The notes under the pieces are model-generated. The model worked only from the letters and a program-made list of their open reading frames with translations. It had not been told where the DNA came from and ran no database searches. From Cetorhinus maximus (lineage: Eukaryota), in contig NC_135884.1 of NCBI RefSeq assembly GCF_964194155.1, positions 46,500,001 through 46,564,000 of the forward strand: a stretch of DNA of 64,000 bases, given 5' to 3'. A program made the position numbers and the translations under genes. Of this stretch, positions 38,201 through 50,535 are shown in pieces. Position 1 is the stretch's first letter. Every line of letters starts with the position of its first letter.

Positions 38201-41200
38201 CAGACAGTAGTGGTGAACAATTTTTTTCAGGGAGTTGTGTTGAACAGTTGCTTTCAGAGAGTAGTAGCAAATGGTTCTTTACATAGAGTAGGTGAACAGT
38301 TGTTTACAGAAATGCTGGTGAACATTTGTTTACAGAGAGTAGTGGTGAACGGCACTTGATAGGGTGCAGTGTTGAATGGTGGTTTACAGAGACTGGTGGT
38401 GAAAAGTTGTTTACAGTGAGTATCGGGTAACAGTTGTTTACAGAGAGTAGTGGTGAGCAGTTGCTTACAGAGAATAGTGCTGAATGGGTTCTTTCAGAGA
38501 ATGGTGGCGAGCAATTGTTACAGAGTGTAGTGCTGAATGGTTGTTTACAGAGAGTAGTGCTGAACATTTGTTTGCAGAGAGTAGTGCTGAACGGTTGTTT
38601 GCAGAGAGTAGTGCTGAATACTTGTTTACAGAGAGTAGTGCTGAACGGTTGTTTACAGAGAGTAGTGCTGAATGGTTGTTTACAGAGAGTAGTGCTGAAC
38701 ATTTGTTTGCAGAGAGTAGTGCTGAACGGTTGTTTACAGAGAGTAGTGCTGAACGGTTGTTTACAGAGAGTAGTGCTGAATGGTTGTTTACAGAGAGTAG
38801 TGCTGAATGGTTGTTTACAGAGAGTAGTGCTGAATGGTTGTTTACAGAGAGTAGTGCTGAATGGTTGTTTGCAGAGAGTAGTGCTGAACGGTTGTTTGCA
38901 GAGAGTAGTGCTGAATACTTGTTTACAGAGAGTAGTGCTGAATGGTTGTTTACAGAGAGTAGTGCTGAATGGTTGTTTACAGAGAGTAGTGCTGAATGGT
39001 TGTTTGCAGAGAGTAGTGCTGAACGGTTGTTTACAGAGAGTAGTGCTGAATGGTTGTTTACAGAGAGTAGTGCTGAACGGTTGTTTGCAGGGAATAGTAT
39101 AGAACAGCTGTTTAGAGAAAGTAGTAGTGAATTGTAGTTTACAGTAAGTAGTGGTGATTGATTGTTTACAGAAAGAAGTGGCGGTCAGTTGTTTACAGAG
39201 AGTAGTCATGAACGGTTGTTTACAGAATATTCGTGAACAGCTCTTTACAGAGAGTAGTGGTGAATGGTTATTTACAGAGAGTCGTGCTGAATGGTTGTTT
39301 GCAGAGAGTAGTGCTGAATGGTTGTTTACAGAGAGTAGTGCTGAACGGTTGTTTACAGAGAGTAGTGCTGAACGGTTGTTTACAGAGAGTAGTGCTGAAC
39401 GGTTGTTTGTAGAGAGTAGTGCTGAATGGTTGTTTACAGAGAGTACTGCTGAATATTTGTTACAGAGAGTAGTGCTGAATGGTTGTTTGCAGAGAGTAGT
39501 GCTGAATGGTTGTTTGCAGAGAGTAGTGCTGAACGGTTGTTTACAGAGAGTAGTGCTGAACATTTGTTTACAGAGAGTAGTGCTGAACGGTTGTTTGCAG
39601 AGAGTAGTGCTGAATGGTTGTTTACAGAGAGTAGTGCTGAACATTTGTTTACAGAGAGTAGTGCTGAATGGTTGTTTACAGAGAGTAGTGCTGAATGGTT
39701 GTTTGCAGAGTGTAGTGCTGAACGGTTGTTTACAGAGAGTAGTGCTGAACGGTTGTTTACAGAGAGTAGTGCTGAATGGTTGTTTGCAGAGAGTAGTGCT
39801 GAACGGTTGTTTACAGAGAGTAGTGCTGAATGGTTGTTTACAGAGAGTAGTGCTGAACGGTTGTTTACAGAGAGTAGTGCTGAATGGTTGTTTGCAGAGA
39901 GTAGTGCTGAACGGTTGTTTACAGAGAGTAGTGCTGAATGGTTGTTTACAGAGAGTAGTGCTGAACGGTTGTTTACAGAGAGTAGTGCTGAATGGTTGTT
40001 TGCAGAGAGTAGTGCTGAACGGTTGTTTACAGAGAGTACTGCTGAATGGTTGTTTACAGAGAGTAGTGTTGAACGGTTGTTTACAGAGAGTAGTGCTGAA
40101 TGGTTGTTTACAGAGAGTAGTGCTGAATGGTTGTTTGCAGAGTGTAGTGCTGAACGGTTGTTTACAGAGAGTAGTGCTGAACGGTTGTTTACAGAGAGTA
40201 GTGCTGAATGGTTGTTTGCAGAGAGTAGTGCTGAACGGTTGTTTACAGAGAGTAGTGCTGAATGGTTGTTTACAGAGAGTAGTGCTGAACGGTTGTTTAC
40301 AGAGAGTAGTGCTGAATGGTTGTTTGCAGAGAGTAGTGCTGAACGGTTGTTTACAGAGAGTAGTGCTGAATGGTTGTTTACAGAGAGTAGTGTTGAACGG
40401 TTGTTTACAGAGAGTAGTGCTGAATGGTTGTTTGCAGAGAGTAGTGCTGAACGGTTGTTTGCAGAGAGTAGTGCTGAACGGTTGTTTACAGAGAGTAGTG
40501 CTGAATGGTTGTTTATAGAGAGTAGTGCTGAACGGTTATTTATAGAGAGTAGTGCTGAATGGTTGTTTGCAGAGTGTAGTGCTGAATGGTTGTTTACAGA
40601 GAGTAGTGCTGAACATTTGTTTACAGAGAGTAGTGCTGAACGATGGTTTACAGAGAGTAGTGCTGAACGATGGTTTACAGAGAGTAGTGCTGAACGATGG
40701 TTTACAGAGAGTAGTGCTGAACGATGGTTTACAGAGAGTAGTGGTGAACAGTTTTCTACAGAGCGTCGTGGTGAACAATTTACAAATAGTAGTGTTGAAC
40801 AGTTGTTTACAGACAGTAGTGGTGAATGGCTGTCTACACAGAGTAGTGATGAATAGTTGTTCACAGAGGGCAGTGGTGAACAGTTGTTTACAGAGAGTAA
40901 TTTTGAACACCTGTTTACAGAGAGTAGTGCTGAACGGTTGTTTACAGAGAGTAGTGCTGAATGGTTGTTTGCAGAGAGTAGTGCTGAACGGTTGTTTACA
41001 GAGAGTAGTGCTGAATGGTTGTTTACAGAGAGTAGTGCTGAACGGTTGTTTACAGAGAGTAGTGCTGAACGGTTGTTTGTAGAGAGTAGTGCTGAATGGT
41101 TGTTTACAGAGAGTACTGCTGAATATTTGTTACAGAGAGTAGTGCTGAATGGTTGTTTGCAGAGAGTAGTGCTGAATGGTTGTTTGCAGAGAGTAGTGCT

Positions 41201-42582
41201 GAACGGTTGTTTACAGAGAGTAGTGCTGAACATTTGTTTACAGAGAGTAGTGCTGAACGGTTGTTTGCAGAGAGTAGTGCTGAATGGTTGTTTACAGAGA
41301 GTAGTGCTGAACATTTGTTTACAGAGAGTAGTGCTGAATGGTTGTTTACAGAGAGTAGTGCTGAATGGTTGTTTACAGAGAGTAGTGCTGAACATTTGTT
41401 TACAGAGAGTAGTGCTGAACGGTTGTTTACAGAGAGTAGTGCTGAACGGTTGTTTACAGAGAGTAGTGCTGAATGGTTGTTTACAGAGAGTAGTGCTGAA
41501 CGGTTGTTTACAGAGAGTAGTGCTGAATGGTTGTTTGCAGAGAGTAGTGCTGAACGGTTGTTTACAGAGAGTAGTGCTGAATGGTTGTTTACAGAGAGTA
41601 GTGTTGAACGGTTGTTTACAGAGAGTAGTGCTGAATGGTTGTTTACAGAGAGTAGTGCTGAATGGTTGTTTACAGAGAGTAGTGCTGAATGGTTGTTTGC
41701 AGAGAGTAGTGCTGAACGGTTGTTTACAGAGAGTAGTGCTGAATGGTTGTTTACAGAGAGTAGTGTTGAACGGTTGTTTACAGAGAGTAGTGCTGAATGG
41801 TTGTTTGCAGAGAGTAGTGCTGAACGGTTGTTTGCAGAGAGTAGTGCTGAACGGTTGTTTACAGAGAGTAGTGCTGAAAGATTGTTTATAGAGAGTAGTG
41901 CTGAACGGTTATTTATAGAGAGTAGTGCTGAATGGTTGTTTGCAGAGTGTAGTGCTGAATGGTTGTTTACAGAGAGTAGTGCTGAACGATTGTTTACAGA
42001 GAGTAGTGCTGAACGGTTGTTTACAGAGAGTAGTGCTGAACATTTGTTTACAGAGAGTAGTGCTGAACGATGGTTTACAGAGAGTAGTGCTGAACGATGG
42101 TTTACAGAGAGTAGTGCTGAACGATGGTTTACAGAGAGTAGTGCTGAACGATGGTTTACAGAGAGTAGTGGTGAACAGTTTTCTACAGAGCGTCGTGGTG
42201 AACAATTTACAAATAGTAGTGTTGAACAGTTGTTTACAGACAGTAGTGGTGAATGGCTGTCTACACAGAGTAGTGATGAATAGTTGTTCACAGAGGGCAG
42301 TGGTGAACAGTTGTTTACAGAGAGTAATTTTGAACACCTGTTTACAGAGAGTAGTGGTGAATGGTTGTTTGCAGGGAGTAGTGGTGAATGGTTGTCTACA
42401 CAGAGTAGTGCTGAACAGTTGTTTAGATAGAGTAATGGCGAACAGCTGTTTGCAGAGACTAGTGGTCAATGGCTGTTTACAGAGAGTGGTGGTGAACAGA
42501 TGTTACAGAGAGTAGTGATGAACAGTTGTTTACAGAGAATAGCGGTGACCAGTTGTTTACAGGGAGTAGTGGTGAACGTTTG

Positions 42583-43612
42583 AAACAAAAACAGAAAATG
42601 CTGGGAAAACTCAGCAGGTCTGACAGCATCTGTGGAGAGATGAAACCAAAGTTAACGTTTCGAGTCCATATGACCCTCTTCAGAGCTGAAGAGAAGCGGA
42701 AATGTGATGAAATTATACTGTTTAAGGGGGTGGGGCAGATGGAGCTGGACAGAAGGCCAGTGATAGGTGGGGTCAAAGGAGAGATTGCCAAAGATGTCAT
42801 GAACTAAAGGACAAAGGGATTGTTAATGGTAGTGCTTAGTGCAAAAAAATAAGGTGCTAATAGTGGAGTAAAGATAAGAAAGTCAAATGTGATTATAGCA
42901 GAGCAAGGATAGCATTGTGTGAAAGAACAACATGGAACAAGTGACAGATGTCCCTGTAGGGGATGGGGTTGGGGGAGGGGATGGTGGCGGGAGAAAAAAA
43001 AGGGTAGAAAATGGTATAAAATTATGGATAAATGAATAAAAATAATAAAAAATATAACAAGTGGGTAAAAAATAACAATAAATATAGAAGAAAGGGGTGA
43101 AAAAAAGGGGTGAGGATGGAGGAGAGAGTTCATGGTCTGTAGTTGTTGAACTCAATGTTAAGTCCAGAAGGCTGTAAGGTACCTAATCAGAAGCTGAGGT
43201 GCTGTTCCTCCAGTTTTTTTTTATTCATTCATGGGATGTGGGCATCACTGGCTAGGCCAGCATTTATTGCCCATCCCTAATTGCCCTTGTTCAGGGGGCA
43301 TTTAAGAGTGAATTGTTGTGGGACTGGAATCACATGTAGGCCAGACCAGGGAAGGACAGCAGATTTCCTTCCCTAAAGGGCATACAATCAACAATGGTTT
43401 CACAGTCATCATCAGACTTTTAATTCCAGATTTTTACTGAATTCAAATTCCACCATCTGCCATGTTGGGATTCCAACCTTGATCCCCAAGGACATTACCC
43501 TGGGGCGCTAGATTACTAGTCCAGCAACAATACCACTACGCCATCGCTTCCCACAGGTTTCATTGGGCTTCACTGGAACATTGCAACAGGCCAAGTACGG
43601 ACATTGGGCATG
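42583..43612 (-). mobile_element. Penelope-like element 3' fragment inserted in the satellite
   Basis: Reverse complement of the PLE tail and the end of the endonuclease region (homologous to 11760-12520), split by a SINE. Confidence 0.8.
43212..43555 (-). mobile_element. HE1-type SINE nested in the Penelope fragment
   Basis: Reverse complement of the 18819-19160 family, with an A-rich tail. Confidence 0.85.
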
Positions 43613-45025
43613 AGTAGTGGTGAATGGTTGTTTACAGAGAGTAGTAATGAATAGTTTTTTACAGACAGTAGTGGTGAACAATTGTTTACGGGACGTCGTG
43701 GTGAATGGTTGTGTACATAGATTAGTGGTGAACTGTTGTTTACGGAGAGTAGAGGTGAACAGTTGTTTACAGAGAGCAGTGGGGACTGGTTGTGTGTGGA
43801 GTGTCGTGCTGAACAGTTTACAGGGAGTAGTATAGAACAGCTGTTTAGATAAAGTAGTAGTGAATTGTAGTTTACAGTAAGTAGTGGTGATTGATTGTTT
43901 ACAGAAAGTAGTGGCAGTCAGTTGTTTACAGAGTGTAGTCATGAATGGTTGTTTACAGAATATTCGTGAACAGCTCTTTACAGAGAGTAGTGGTGAATGG
44001 TTATTTACAGAGATTACTGGTGAACCATTGTTTAGAGAGTACTGGTGAACCATTGTTTATAGAGAGGAGTGGTGAACAGTTTTCTAGAAATCGTCGCGGT
44101 GAATGGCTTACAGATAGTAGTGTTGAACAGTTGTGTACAGAGAGCAGCGATGAACAGCTGTTCATATAGAGTAGTGGTGAACGGTTGTTTACAGAGAGTA
44201 GGGATGAACAGTTTACAGAGATTATTGATGAACGGTCCTCACAGAGAGTCACGGAGAACAGTTGTTTACAGAAAGTCATGGTGAACAGTTGTTTACAGAG
44301 AGTAGTTGTGAATAGTTGTTTTCAGATTGTTGTGGTGAACGTTGCTTTACAGAGAGTAGTGATGAAAGTTTTTCTACAGAGATTAGTGGTAAACAGTTGT
44401 CCACAGAGAGTAGTGGTGAATGCTTGTTTATAGAGAGCAATGGTGGACAGTTGTCTACACAGAGTTTATGCTGAACGGTTGTTTACATGGCGAAATGGTG
44501 AACACTTGTTTACAGAGAGTAGTGGCGAACGGTTGTTTACAGAGAATAGTGGTGAACGGTTACTCACAGAGAGTAGTGGTGAATTGTTGTTTACAGAGAG
44601 TAGTGGTGAACAGATGTTTACAGAGAGTAGTGGTGATCAGTTGTTTACAGAGGGTAGTTGTGAATGGTTGTTGACATAAATTAGTGGTGAAAGGTTGATT
44701 TCAGAGAATAGCGGTGAACAGTTATTTAGAGAGGGAAATGCTGAAATGTTGTTTATAAAGAGTAGTGCTGAATGATTGTTTATGTCAATGTATAAATAAT
44801 CACAGTGCATGGCAATCACCTTGTTAAAGACAATTGCTAGTTAAACAGGTGATGGGCATTGATTTATTCCATCTAAATAAAATAAAAAGATACAGCTGCA
44901 ACATTTCGGGTGGAAGCTACTTGGAAGTCAGTAGCACTGAGGAGTTGTCTTGAAAATAAACCAGCTTGAACCAAAAGGCCAGCCTGGATTAATTCTTCCA
45001 CCTCAACCTCTTATTGTGACTAACA

Positions 45026-45040
45026 TGGTAGCAGAGGATG
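45026..45040 (+). promoter_or_regulatory. Primer-binding site complementary to the 3' end of initiator tRNA-Met
   Basis: TGGTAGCAGAGGATG lies immediately after the 5' LTR. Confidence 0.9.
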
Positions 45041-46945
45041 AACTTTAAGCTTTGCTGATTGATTGCTGTACATGAAGCTTTTTGTCTCAATCCTCTGAGG
45101 GAAAAGAAGTGTACTGTTGCTGACAATTTAAGTTATGGAATGGTGAAAGGATGGTGCAAAATTGCAGCTTTGACTATCCACCAATTCTTTATGACTCTGA
45201 ACCTTATCAGCAATGGAAGGCTGAAGTTGAAATGTGGACCTGGGTTACTTCCATATCCCAGAAGAAGCAAGATATGGCTTTGGTGTTATCATTACCAGCC
45301 AAAAATAAGATAAGGAGCAAAGTATTTTCAGAGTGGAAAGTGGATGATTTGGATTGTGAAGAGATATTGAACCTACTGTTACAATTTTTGAATATGTTTT
45401 ACAAAAAGGATGAGTTATTGGAAGTGTATGAAGCTTGGATGATCTTTGATAGATTTAGGAATTCAGATGATCAGTCCATGGAAAAATATATCATGGATTT
45501 TGATAAATGGTACTGGAGACTACAGTGATTTGAACTTAAAATTCTGGAATCAGTAAAGGCATTTAAATTACTGGGCTGTTCTCACATTTCTCACGTTGAT
45601 AGTCTTTTAGTACTAACAGGGGTTCAATTCTGGGGGAAAGGACCTCTCCTAGATCAAATGGCTGCTGCCCTGAAGAAACATCTGGGGAAACAGTCGTTCC
45701 CTGCCACTTTTTTAGCAAATGCAAACAACTATGCTGTAAAACGAAGGATAGAGGATTCGATGGTGGCTGAATTTTGAGGTTGACCAAATATTAGACGAAG
45801 ATTCCAATGCAAAGATGGGGTTAATGACAAGAGGTCTCAAAATGGTCCTAACCCTAGCCAGTTTGAGAGTCGGGACAAAAAGCACGTCTGGGATGGTGAA
45901 CGTAGGCGTTTAAACCCAAAAAATGCACGGGGAATGGTTAATCGGTGTTTTCGGTCTGATTCCCAGTACCATTACGCAATGAACTGCCCACAGGGAAGGA
46001 ATCGCATTTTTGAAATGACCCACGAGACGGATTCATCTGAATCTGAAAGTGATCATGGTGACTGTCATGATGGAATTGTATTGATCACTGAGAGTTTGAA
46101 TCCGGTGATGAGTGTCTTGATGGTAGATTCCTTCAACTGTGCAGCTCTGCACAGTGGTTGCACTTCTGCGGCGTGCGGCATGGACTGGCTTGACTGCTAT
46201 CTGGAGCCTCTCAATGAGGCAAACTGGCAGAAGGTCAAGGAGTATGAAAGCTCTTCCTGCTTCAGGTTCAGAGATGACAATACATTAACATCCTGCAAAT
46301 GGGTGGTCCTCCCTTGTAAGATAGCAGTGTATCAGTACTGATGTGGTTTCTAGTGAGATACCGCCATTGTTGAGTTGAGCTGCGATGAAGAAGGCTCAGA
46401 TGACGCTAGATATGAAGAATGATAGAGCAGTCGTGTTTGGGAAAAATGTAGATCTCTATTTTACTCGGTCAGGCCATTACTGCTTGCCACTAAGGAAGCC
46501 AGAGATTTCTCATCAAAAAGTTCATGGAGTTTTGTTAACTGCTGAAAATAAGAATTTGGTGGACAAAAAGAAGATCATTTGGAAATTGCATGACAGTTTG
46601 CACATCCAGCACTACAGAAACTGAAGACTCTACTTCAAGATCCGGGAGTGGTCGATAAAGGATATGATGATCTTATTGAACAAATCACTGCTCAGTGTGA
46701 TATTTGCCTTAAATATCACAAGACACCACCACGTCCTGTTATGTATGAGTTTGCCACTAGCCAGGGAGTTTAACGATGCAGTGGCAATGGACTTGAAAGG
46801 CTGGGATAAGGAGAGAGGTAATTTTATACTACACTTTATAGATATGGCAACAAGATTTAGCCTATCTGCTGTGATACATAGTAAAGACAAAAGGACCATT
46901 GTCGATAAGGTCATGGAGAAATGGGTAGGAACGGGCTTAGGAACT

Positions 46946-47381
46946 TGAGTTCGAGTGGAATGCCTGAGGTGACGGCTGCGGTGAAGGGCGGTACATCCTA
47001 ATGTGCAAGGCGTCTAAACAGTCACCGACTAAAGTCACCAAGAAGCCGCCTAAGAAGCGGAGAAAATCTCGCAAGCAGAGCTATTCCAGTTACAAGTACA
47101 GGGTACTGACCCAGGTCCACCCTTCCTCCAGGATCTCGTCCAAAGCCATGAATGTTATGAATTCCTTTGTTGTCGACATTTTTGAGCGCAGCGCCTCTGA
47201 GGCTTCGCACATCATTCACTACAACAAACGCCACACCATCTCGGCCAGGGAGAACCTGAGCGCCGTCCGCCTCATGCTGCCAGGGGAACTGGCCAAACAT
47301 GCCATCTCCAAAGGTACCAAAGTGGTCACCAAATACACCAACTCCGTTTAGGTAGATCATTCTAAAGATTATATAAAAAAA
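46946..47381 (+). pseudogene. H2B: Variant histone H2B retrocopy (ATG at 46960, early stop and frameshift at ~46999, core to TAG 47351) inserted in the Copia integrase
   Basis: [13 protein letters not shown] followed by [11 protein letters not shown]...VHP..ISSKAM..MNSFV.DIFER.A.EAS...YNKR.TIS.RE...[22 protein letters not shown]. It interrupts the integrase between GTGLGT and FFTDNGGEF. Confidence 0.95.
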
Positions 47382-48716
47382 ACAACGTTCTTCACAGATA
47401 ACGGTGGGGAATTCGCCAATGAGGAATTTCGAGATATGTGCAAAAATTTAAACATCATGGTTACGCACACTGCAGCTGAGAGCCCATTTAGTAATGGTCT
47501 TTGTGAAAGAAACCATGCGGCAATAGACGACATGCTACATAAAATATTAGCTGATCAGCCAGATTGTAAATTGCAAATGGCACTAGCATGGGCAGTGCAC
47601 GCAAAGAACTCACTGCAAATGGCAAGGGGGTGCAGTCTTCACCAGTTGGTGTATGGAAGAAATCCAAAGTTGCCTTTGGTGTTGTCAGATGCTCCCCCTG
47701 CTCTAGAAGGGACTAGCATTAGCTCCACCTTTTTTGCTCATCTGAACACTTTGCATGCGGGTAGAAAAGCTTTCATTAAAGCTGAGGTTTCGGCAAAAAT
47801 TCGGCGGGCCCTACGGCACTGTATAAAATAAGGAGACATGGTATATTATAGAAGGGAAAACTGGAAAGAGTGGAAAGGACCTGGCAAGGTAATGGGGAGT
47901 GATGGAAAAGTAGTAATTGTGCAACACGGCAATCAAACTGTTAGGGTACATTTCTGGCGGCTAATTGGTACTGACTATACCTTTACAAGTTCTGAACAGG
48001 ACAGAACACAAGGAGACACCATGCACTTCACTTACACACACACTGGGTAGTTATGAGGAGCAGATGACAGCAGATACAGGGTTGACTGACTATGAACAAA
48101 GTAGCATTGAGGCACAGGATAATGCTATTCATCCAAAAGGTTGACTACCCAAAGTAGGAACAAAGGTAACATACATGCCAGAAGGGACCAGTTTGTGGAG
48201 GGATGCCACCATCATAGGGAGAGCAGGAAAGGCCACTGGTAAATACAAACATTGGCTAAATGTGCAGGATGAAGGACAAGAAGACAAGACCTATTGATTG
48301 GCAAACCGAGGTAAAGATATAGAAACCCAGAAAGTGTAGTATGAGTTCTGACAGTGGACCATAAAGTGGCCGTAACCCTAGAAAAAAATCACGGACTTGT
48401 GAACAGGGTTCTGCTCACATGGGAGGACGATCATATAGTAGCAGCCCAGAAAGGGAGAGGAATGTGAGTAGAGGCCATAGCTTAACAAGAATGAGGAGTA
48501 GAGAGCAAGCTAGCAATCTCAATAGAAGTAGAAGTCCTTATGACAGAGATTCTAGTAGTGGAATGTAAGCTGATAAAGGAAGACAAATGAAAAGGGTTAG
48601 ATAGTTGGAAGGAATTTGGGGTATATTCTGAAATACCTGACAGAGGACAGCCAGCTTTATCTCACAGATGGATCTGTACAGAAAAGGTACTCCCAGACAG
48701 CACATATAAGGCCAAA

Positions 48717-49856
48717 ATGAGATTAGTAGCCCGAGGCTTTGAAGAGAGACTAGGGGATCAGGATGTCAGAGTGGGCTCACCTATTGCGTGGAAAGTGAGT
48801 TTGAAGATTATTTTAGTTATTTTGGCATCCTATTCCTGGGAGTGCAAATCGATTGATGTAAAGGCTGCGTTTTTACAGGGAGAGAAGTTTCAAAGAGATG
48901 TTTTTTTTAAACTGCCCAAAGAAGCCGGGGATGTAGAAGGAAAGCTATGGAAATTGAATAAGTGTATTTATGGGTTGAATGATGCATCAAGAATATGGTA
49001 TTTTTCAGTGAGGTCTGTCCTGTTGAAAACAGGTTGCATTCAGTTAAAGGCAGACCCTGCGATGTTCTACTGGTACCATAAGGAGAAACTAGCTGGAATC
49101 TTTATAATGCATGTTGATGATATCCTGTGGGGAGGCTCTGTAGAATTTGAACAATGGGTAATTGAAAAGATAAAGAAGAAATTCAAGGTCAGAAGTCAGG
49201 CTTCAGAGGCCTTTAAGTACATAGGTTTAGACATTAAGCAGAGCAAGTTAGGAGTGGCATTGAATCAACAATCTTATCTAGAAAATGTTAATCATATCCC
49301 AATAACTCGGGTTAGATCCTCACAAAAAGAGGATCCTGCTACCAAGGAAGGAACGGAACAGTTGAGAAGTTTTATTGGGCAGTTAAACTGGTTATGCACT
49401 CAGGCTAGACCTGACGCTAGTTATGATGTGTTGGAGCTGAGTACTATGATAAAACATGCTACAGTTGAGCAAGTTCTGAGAGTAAATAAAACACTTAAAA
49501 AATTAAATTCTGAGAGATGTGTGCTCAAGTTTACAACCTTGGGTGATCCGGAAGATTTGAAGCTGGTCATTTTTAGTGATGCTTCACATGCCAATCTTCC
49601 AGATGGATACTCTAGCACAGCAGAGTTTATTATCATATTCTTGGTGGGAAAGAATGTTAAATGTTGCCCGCTGGCTTGGGAGACCAAGAAAATAAAAAGG
49701 GTAGTGAAAAGCACCTTTGCTGCTGAACCGCTTGCCTTGGTAGAAGCATTAGATATGGGGGTTTATTTCTCCAATATACTGACAGAAATATCATACAAGG
49801 GGCAATATGGGAAAAGTTTGCCCATAGGATGTTATGTTGATAACCAGTTTATTTGA
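48717..49856 (+). pseudogene. Copia reverse transcriptase / RNase H (largest surviving pol fragment)
   Basis: RLVARGFEE, IDVKAAFLQG, LNKCIYGLNDASRIWY, HVDD, FKYIGL, TQARPD, FSDAS and STFAAE motifs. Confidence 0.93.
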
Positions 49857-50535
49857 GACAACGTTCATTCTACGAAAAGTGTCACTGAGAAAGGCTTAAA
49901 ATAGACCTAGCCAGCATTAAAGAAATGTTAGAGAGAAGAGAGATCTCTAAGATACGATGGGTTGACACAATCCACCAACTATCAGACTGTTTTACGAAAA
50001 GAAGTACCTGCTCTATAAAAATGTATTGGAAGAGGGGTGTCTTATGTTATAATGATGCAATGAAAAAAGAACTTTTTTTTGTTTTATAATTGTGTATATA
50101 TATACGATATATATTTGGTAAAGGAAATACAGCAACTATATATGTGGAAATATGTGGCATTATTTCCTTCTGTTTGTTTTATAAAAAAAAGTTCTTTAAG
50201 TTTTTTCAAAGTTTTAATTTAAAAAGAAAAGAGGGGAATCTGTCAATATATAAATAATCACGCTGTATGGCAATCACTTTGTTAAAGATAATTGCTAGTT
50301 AAACAGATGATGGGCATTGATTTATCCCACCTAAATAGAATAAAAAGATACAGCTGAAACACTTTGTGTGGAAGCTACTTGGAAGTCAGTAGCACTGAGG
50401 AGTTGTCTTGAAAATAAACCAGCTTGAACCAAAAGACCAGCCTGGATTTATTATTCCACCACAATCTCTTATTGTAAATAGCAAGTTGTGGTGAACAGTT
50501 GTTTATGGTGAGCAGTGGTGAACAGTTGTTTGCAG

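Larger units (their letters stand above)
44783..50483 (+). mobile_element. Full-length decayed Copia LTR retrotransposon, GalEa-like clade
   Basis: 243-bp LTRs at 44783-45025 and 50241-50483 (TG...CA). PBS TGGTAGCAGAGGATG; PPT at 50221-50238. Domain order is gag (CX2(S)X4HX4C) - PR (ALHSGC) - INT (VAMDLK, TDNGGEF, SNGLCERNH) - RT (IDVKAAFLQG, IYGLNDASR, HVDD) - RH (FSDAS, EK.LKID, SDCFTK). Confidence 0.93.

Noticed and set aside
38520-42180. CRISPR-like regular array
   Set aside because: Units are head-to-tail with no unique spacers, there are no cas genes, and the context is eukaryotic.
35295-44819. Many long ORFs (up to 653 aa) with 9-aa periodicity on both strands
   Set aside because: Artefact of a 27-bp monomer lacking stops in several frames. 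Frames switch at 1-bp indels, and there is no coding-like structure.
47001-47351. Functional H2B gene starting at the ORF-track ATG
   Set aside because: The authentic start is 46960 (MPE...), followed by a stop and frameshift. There is no histone promoter or intact stem-loop, and conserved core residues are altered.
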